A stretch of DNA of 53,334 bases, from the NCBI GenBank assembly GCA_938091905.1, contig CALKOM010000035.1, positions 1 through 53,334 of the forward strand, given 5' to 3'. The DNA is from an uncultured Verrucomicrobiales bacterium. GTDB lineage: Bacteria; Verrucomicrobiota; Verrucomicrobiia; Verrucomicrobiales; DEV007. The translations under genes and the position numbers were made by a program. Position 1 is the stretch's first letter. The number at the start of each line of letters is the position of its first letter. The notes beneath the pieces were generated by a model. That model saw only the letters and a list, made by a program, of their open reading frames with translations, ran no database searches and was not told the origin of the DNA. Of this stretch, positions 48,709-53,334 are shown one piece after another.

Positions 48709-50034
48709 ATGCGCTCTCCTACCACACTCTTGTTTGCCGTTGCTCTGCTCCACTCTGGGTGGGCAAATGATGTGCTTCCTGCTGCGAAAGAGGACCGTGC
48801 GATTCTCTTGCATGGCGGGATGTTGCACCCCATCTCGGATGAGCCCATCCCCGAGGGGAAATTGCTCATGAGCGGTGGCCGTATCCTGGCGATTGGTCGT
48901 GCGGATGAGGTTCTCGATGGCGAAGAGAATGCCCTCAAGGTGTCTTGCAGCGGGAGCCATGTTTACCCTGGGTTGATTTCTGCCAATGGCACGCTTGGGC
49001 TCGTGGAGATCTCTGCCGTGCGTGCCACCGTGGACTTGCGCGAGCCCGGCATGATCAATCCAAGTGTGCGTGCCGAGAGTGCGGTGAACCCGGATAGTGA
49101 ACTCTTTCCCGTGGCGCGAGCTAACGGCATTCTATCTACCCTGACGGTACCACAGAGCGGAGGGCTGCTTAGCGGGCGCTCAGCCTTGCTTCAGCTCGAT
49201 GGGTGGACTTGGGAAGACATGGTGGTGAAGGCGCCGGTCGGGATGCATCTGTTCTGGCCTCGCATGCGCTACGGGTCGAGTGCCTCAGCCGATGCTCAGA
49301 AGAGCCAGCGCGAGAATTGGGAAGAGCGATTGAAGACGCTCCAGACGTTCTTTGATGAGGCGCGTGCTTATCAGAAAGCCAAGCTGAATCGAGATGTCAC
49401 GTTTCGCTCTGATGTGAGACTGGATGCAATGATCCCCGTGTTAGAAAAACGTTTGCGATTGTTCGTGCATGCCGTGGGAGTGGTCGAGATCCAACGTGCC
49501 TTGCAGTTTGTAGAAGAGCAGGACCTTTCAGTCGTGCTCGTCTCGGGACAAGATGTTGCGCGTGTCGCTGCATTGCTCAAAGAGCGCGAGGTCCCGGTTA
49601 TTTTAAGTACGGTCCAAGCCCTGCCACTGCGCAGGTGGGAGCCCTATGACTCTGCTTCGAGAGTTCCCGCGAGCTTGCTGGCGGCGGGAGTGCCATTCTG
49701 CATTGCAAATGGTTCTGGCGCCTCGAATGCACGAAACCTTCCTTACATCGCAGCGGCGGCAGTGGGTGAGGGATTCTCTGCCGATGACGCCATGCGATCA
49801 ATCACACTTTCGTCTGCCGAAGTTCTTGGTGTCGCGGACCAGTTAGGCTCACTTCAAGTGGGTAAGTTGGGCACGTTGATCATTGCTGACGGGAATCCGT
49901 TAGAAATTACGACCAATGTCCAGCGAGCTTTCATTCGGGGCAGCGAGATCGACTTGTCGAGTAGACACACGAAGCTCTATAAAAAATACCTAGAGAAGCA
50001 GCGTCGATTGGGGCAACCTTCTGAAGCACGATGA
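48709..50034 (+). CDS. Secreted amidohydrolase-family partner protein
   Basis: Likely start MRSPTT at 48709; HVYPGLIS...LGLVEI.AVRAT.D, RNLP and GSLQVGK..TLII..GNPLEI. Confidence 0.88.
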   Translation: MRSPTTLLFAVALLHSGWANDVLPAAKEDRAILLHGGMLHPISDEPIPEGKLLMSGGRILAIGRADEVLDGEENALKVSCSGSHVYPGLISANGTLGLVEISAVRATVDLREPGMINPSVRAESAVNPDSELFPVARANGILSTLTVPQSGGLLSGRSALLQLDGWTWEDMVVKAPVGMHLFWPRMRYGSSASADAQKSQRENWEERLKTLQTFFDEARAYQKAKLNRDVTFRSDVRLDAMIPVLEKRLRLFVHAVGVVEIQRALQFVEEQDLSVVLVSGQDVARVAALLKEREVPVILSTVQALPLRRWEPYDSASRVPASLLAAGVPFCIANGSGASNARNLPYIAAAAVGEGFSADDAMRSITLSSAEVLGVADQLGSLQVGKLGTLIIADGNPLEITTNVQRAFIRGSEIDLSSRHTKLYKKYLEKQRRLGQPSEAR

Positions 50035-51506
50035 CACCATTGAATGATTACAGGAGCTTCAAGGATCTGCCGCCACTCGCAGGCGTAGCGGATTTCGAAC
50101 AGGCGGCGTCTCCAGGGCTGAGTGTCCAAGAGTGTGTGAATCGTCTCAAGCGTTATCATTACGGTCTCCAGCGCGTGTGGCAGACCTGTTTGGCTCGCCT
50201 CACGGCAGAGCCGATTTATGAGATCAAGATGGGTCTGAGCCATCATACGCATCTGGCTGCGGAACACATCGGGGCTATCCGTGCTCGTGTCGCGGAGATG
50301 CGGCATCCACCGCTTGGTCTCGATGCGGTGCCTGATCCCTATCTTGAGTGCTGCTTTGATGAGATTCTCAATGCGCCGACGAGCTACGCATTGATTGCAG
50401 GACTCTACGGAAAGGGATTGTCCGCGATTCTTGAGGGCATGAACCATCACTTGGAGGACACTAATCTCTTGGTGGACTCGCCGAGTGTGAGGATTCTGAA
50501 GCACGCGATCATAGAGATCGAGGGGATGATCGAGTGGGGTGATGCGACTGGAGCCGCACTGAAGAACGAGGCTTCGGAGGAACATGTAGCTGAAGTAGCC
50601 GTATGGTTAGGTGAGTTGGATCAGCGACTTGCTGCTGCGGGAGGACTTGATGGTATCCAGGTGGCGGTGACTTCGCAGGTGCCAGGTCCTCGTTACAGTA
50701 AGGCTGCGTTCGTTTATGATAGTGATCCGAAGCGCGACGAACGCTTTCAAGACCCCTACAATATGGGGGTGCATGCGGAGGTCTTTCTCCATGAGGATCG
50801 CTTTGCAGATCGAGATAAGGTCCTGATGATGTATTATCGTCGTCTCCGAGAGATCGATGTGCCGGAGATGATGGCATCTATTCTCTATGAGATGGTGCAG
50901 GCCAAGGGCGATGAAGAATCCGGGGGCTATCCCTGGAAATTTCACCAAGAAATGACTCGTCAGCTATGGGACGAAGCGCGCCATGCCATGATGGGCGAAG
51001 TTGGCTTTGCCAAACTTGGAATTGATTGGTCGAAATTAGTTAGGATTAATTTCACCTGGTCGAAGGGGCTGAACGAGCAACTCACGCCGAAAGAGCGGCA
51101 CGCCGTCTTGTGGTACATCGAGCAAGGGCAGATGAGTAAGATGGGCAAACGGTATGAGTGGGAGGTCGGTCGTGACTCCGGCGATCACTTTGCCGAACTC
51201 ATTCAAGACTACGATTGGGCCGATGAAGTGTTGCATGCCCGCATTGGTAGAGACTGGTACGTCGAGGGTTTCGAAGACGTCGCCAAAGCCGCTGCTTACG
51301 GGACGAAGTGTTGGGACAAGGTGGTTTCAGGATGGGAACAATGGAAGAGTGAGGGCCTCACCGAACACTACAATTGGTGGCCAGATCTCTATGCGGAGGC
51401 CTGTCGTCTTAGAGGTGAAACGCCCGATAAAGAAACGGCAGCCTACGACACTTCGTACGCGGATACCCGTGCCGATCTTAAACGGATCTCTGGTGCTTCA
51501 GGTTAG
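50031..51506 (+). CDS. Ferritin-like (DUF455-like) protein
   Basis: RLREID...RQLWDEARH...IEQG...DWADEVLH gives the E/ExxH/E/ExxH pattern of diiron four-helix bundles; ATGA overlap with the upstream gene. Confidence 0.7.
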   Translation: MTPLNDYRSFKDLPPLAGVADFEQAASPGLSVQECVNRLKRYHYGLQRVWQTCLARLTAEPIYEIKMGLSHHTHLAAEHIGAIRARVAEMRHPPLGLDAVPDPYLECCFDEILNAPTSYALIAGLYGKGLSAILEGMNHHLEDTNLLVDSPSVRILKHAIIEIEGMIEWGDATGAALKNEASEEHVAEVAVWLGELDQRLAAAGGLDGIQVAVTSQVPGPRYSKAAFVYDSDPKRDERFQDPYNMGVHAEVFLHEDRFADRDKVLMMYYRRLREIDVPEMMASILYEMVQAKGDEESGGYPWKFHQEMTRQLWDEARHAMMGEVGFAKLGIDWSKLVRINFTWSKGLNEQLTPKERHAVLWYIEQGQMSKMGKRYEWEVGRDSGDHFAELIQDYDWADEVLHARIGRDWYVEGFEDVAKAAAYGTKCWDKVVSGWEQWKSEGLTEHYNWWPDLYAEACRLRGETPDKETAAYDTSYADTRADLKRISGASG

Positions 51507-51629
51507 TCGATCTAGTTCGAAAGAATCCCTATCCTCGTTGGCAGGAACTGTGATAATGAATGAATCAAGCGAGTTATTGTGTCGTTGTTAGTTGAGGCTC
51601 GCTCGGAGATACTAGCGGATAACGCAGTG

Positions 51630-52097
51630 TCAGTGCTCATGGGGAATCCTGTTCTCATGCCTGGCGCGATCCTGGATACGGGCGAGTTCGGCGCTCAAGC
51701 CTAACGTCGTTAAGCCAGTGTAGGCAGCCACGTTCTTTGCTAGGCCCGCCATCCGATTGCTGGGCCAATCTGCCGCAGCCACTTGCAGAGCAACGCTTCC
51801 CTCGTCGGCGAGTTCGTGAAGGGTCGCCGCAGAGCTGTCCTTCACACCATTTTTCGGAATGAAGAAACGAATGCCGGTGTCGCCAGCGTGTACCCAATGT
51901 CCGTGTGCAGGCGTGGTGGGTGCTTCTGCTGAGAGACCTTTCGGGTAGAACGCAAAAGGATCTTCGGAGGCGATATACCAGTGGGAACGCAAGGCTTCCG
52001 CTTCGGCCGACTGCGCAAAAGCGTTATCGATGCGATTAGGCGTGGCAGCGCACCCCACGAAAAGAGTGAGTACCAAAGGAATGAAGTGCATTTTCAT
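51630..52097 (-). CDS. Putative lipoprotein
   Basis: Basic N-terminus, hydrophobic core and FVGC lipobox. Confidence 0.65.
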   Translation of the reverse strand: MKMHFIPLVLTLFVGCAATPNRIDNAFAQSAEAEALRSHWYIASEDPFAFYPKGLSAEAPTTPAHGHWVHAGDTGIRFFIPKNGVKDSSAATLHELADEGSVALQVAAADWPSNRMAGLAKNVAAYTGLTTLGLSAELARIQDRARHENRIPHEH

Positions 52098-52313
52098 GGT
52101 TGGAGGAGTGTATAGCTTGTGTAGAAGGAGATGAGAAGATAGAAAGATGCTAATAACGGCATACCTACGAAATCCCCGGCCGCCAGGTCGTAGTCAGCCA
52201 TCGTCAAGAATGCGTCCAGCGTGACCATGCGGGCCAGGAGTTTAGTGTGTGCGTCGGACATCGGCGTTTACACCGAGGAAGGCATTCGGTTCTCGTTTAA
52301 TCGCGCGGCTCTG

Positions 52314-53333
52314 CTAATCAAAGCGCGTGAAGCTATCGAGGTACTTGCCTGTGCCATCGATCGCTTCGAACTGTTGGCGGCCTTGATAGAGTTTGACGCG
52401 GATGAGGTGGTTGAGATCTTCGGCGCGAGCGATGTATTTTAGTGGGCGTAGCTTGGCCCAATCGACTTTGCGCACACCGACGCCCCAAGCGCCGTCGCCC
52501 ATGTAGGTGACTCCACTAATGTCTACTTGATTGTGCTTGATCGGCATGGTGCGCTTGTAAACGTGGTGGTCGTTCTCGAAGGCCACATCGACACCGTACT
52601 TTTCAAACAAGGGGACCCATTCTTTGCGGATCTCTTGCATGTCATCCTTGATCAAGGTCCCATACGCTGGGCGATGGTAACAGGCAAAGAGGTGAGGGAA
52701 GTTCGTTCGTTGTTTTAGAGTGCTCTCTAGCCACTCCGTTTGGGCTTTGGGAGTTTGGGTGTGATAGGAATCGAGGCAAGCGATGCTCAAGTAATTGCCG
52801 AAGTCGATGACGTAGTTCGACACCTCTTGTGGAAGCGGGAATAAGCTGTAATAGAACTTCGCGACCTTCCTCGGATCGAAATCTTTACGATCAGCTTCTT
52901 TCACTTCATTGAGATTCTGCGTTTTGATACACTCGTGATTGCCAATGACGGCGATCATAGGAATGAGGTAGTCATCAGCGGTCACGGCGTTGTCATGCCA
53001 GGAATCGATCCACTCATACCAGCGATCGACTTCTTTGCCGTTAGCGTATGCCAGGTCGCCGCCTAAGAGGGCAAAGAGAGGGCGTTCCAGGCCGGCACGG
53101 CGGTTCATCTCATCGAGCAACTTACGCTCGTAGTACATATCTCCGCCGGTGACAAACGTGACGGGATCCGTTAGGCGGTCGGGAGCAGTTCTAAAGAACC
53201 ACTTACGATCGCGCAGCCGCTGACTGCCCTCCCGTATGTCGAAGACATAGGGCGTATCCGGGTTCAGGTCTTTGAGAATGACCCGGTGAATGACGCGACC
53301 GCTATCGGCAAAGGCATGCGTCGTGGGCGTGGC
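52314..53333 (-). CDS. Purple acid phosphatase-family metallophosphoesterase (5'-partial)
   Basis: The frame is open to the window end: HRVILKDLNPDTPY...FRTAP (FN3-like), GGD, GDLAY, GNHE, YHRP and ENDHH. Confidence 0.9.
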   Translation of the reverse strand, partial: ATPTTHAFADSGRVIHRVILKDLNPDTPYVFDIREGSQRLRDRKWFFRTAPDRLTDPVTFVTGGDMYYERKLLDEMNRRAGLERPLFALLGGDLAYANGKEVDRWYEWIDSWHDNAVTADDYLIPMIAVIGNHECIKTQNLNEVKEADRKDFDPRKVAKFYYSLFPLPQEVSNYVIDFGNYLSIACLDSYHTQTPKAQTEWLESTLKQRTNFPHLFACYHRPAYGTLIKDDMQEIRKEWVPLFEKYGVDVAFENDHHVYKRTMPIKHNQVDISGVTYMGDGAWGVGVRKVDWAKLRPLKYIARAEDLNHLIRVKLYQGRQQFEAIDGTGKYLDSFTRFD

Positions 53334-53334
53334 T

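Noticed and set aside
1..53334. Genome-wide UGA reassignment (genetic code 4 or 25)
   Set aside because: Many intact genes end in TGA, including ATGA overlaps at ubact/prcB and prcB/prcA.

Overview
Bacterial DNA of roughly 55-60% GC (estimated by eye), most likely from the PVC superphylum and probably Verrucomicrobiota. This rests on two PVC-type heme-binding CxxCH proteins, a PEP-CTERM protein, sulfatases, DUF1080 and ECF/Ser-Thr kinase pairs. The main points are: (1) Two genes that the ORF track truncates appear to read through an in-frame UGA followed by a bacterial SECIS-like hairpin. One is an ArsC-like UxxC protein (21144-21506, -), and the other is an FG-GAP/ASPIC-UnbV protein fused to a CxxC thioredoxin domain (UGA at 199-201), a candidate unusual selenoprotein. 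(2) A translationally coupled UBact/Pup-type proteasome operon dop-ubact-prcB-prcA-pafA (33361-38027, -) has no ARC ATPase in the window; an ECF sigma factor sits directly upstream, divergent from a membrane Ser/Thr kinase. (3) tRNA-Ser(GGA) is followed by a duplicate of its own 3' end. (4) Carbohydrate and sulfate-processing cassettes have boundaries marked by a dispersed CTCACGCRGAGWCGC repeat; one of them (PEP-CTERM plus sulfatase, sharing a domain I do not recognise) is decaying. (5) There is a decayed kinase-ECF locus, a GxxExxY protein lacking nuclease residues, mpl with an M14 peptidase, and an amidohydrolase pair coupled to a ferritin-like protein. All family assignments come from motif recognition by eye; no database searches were run.
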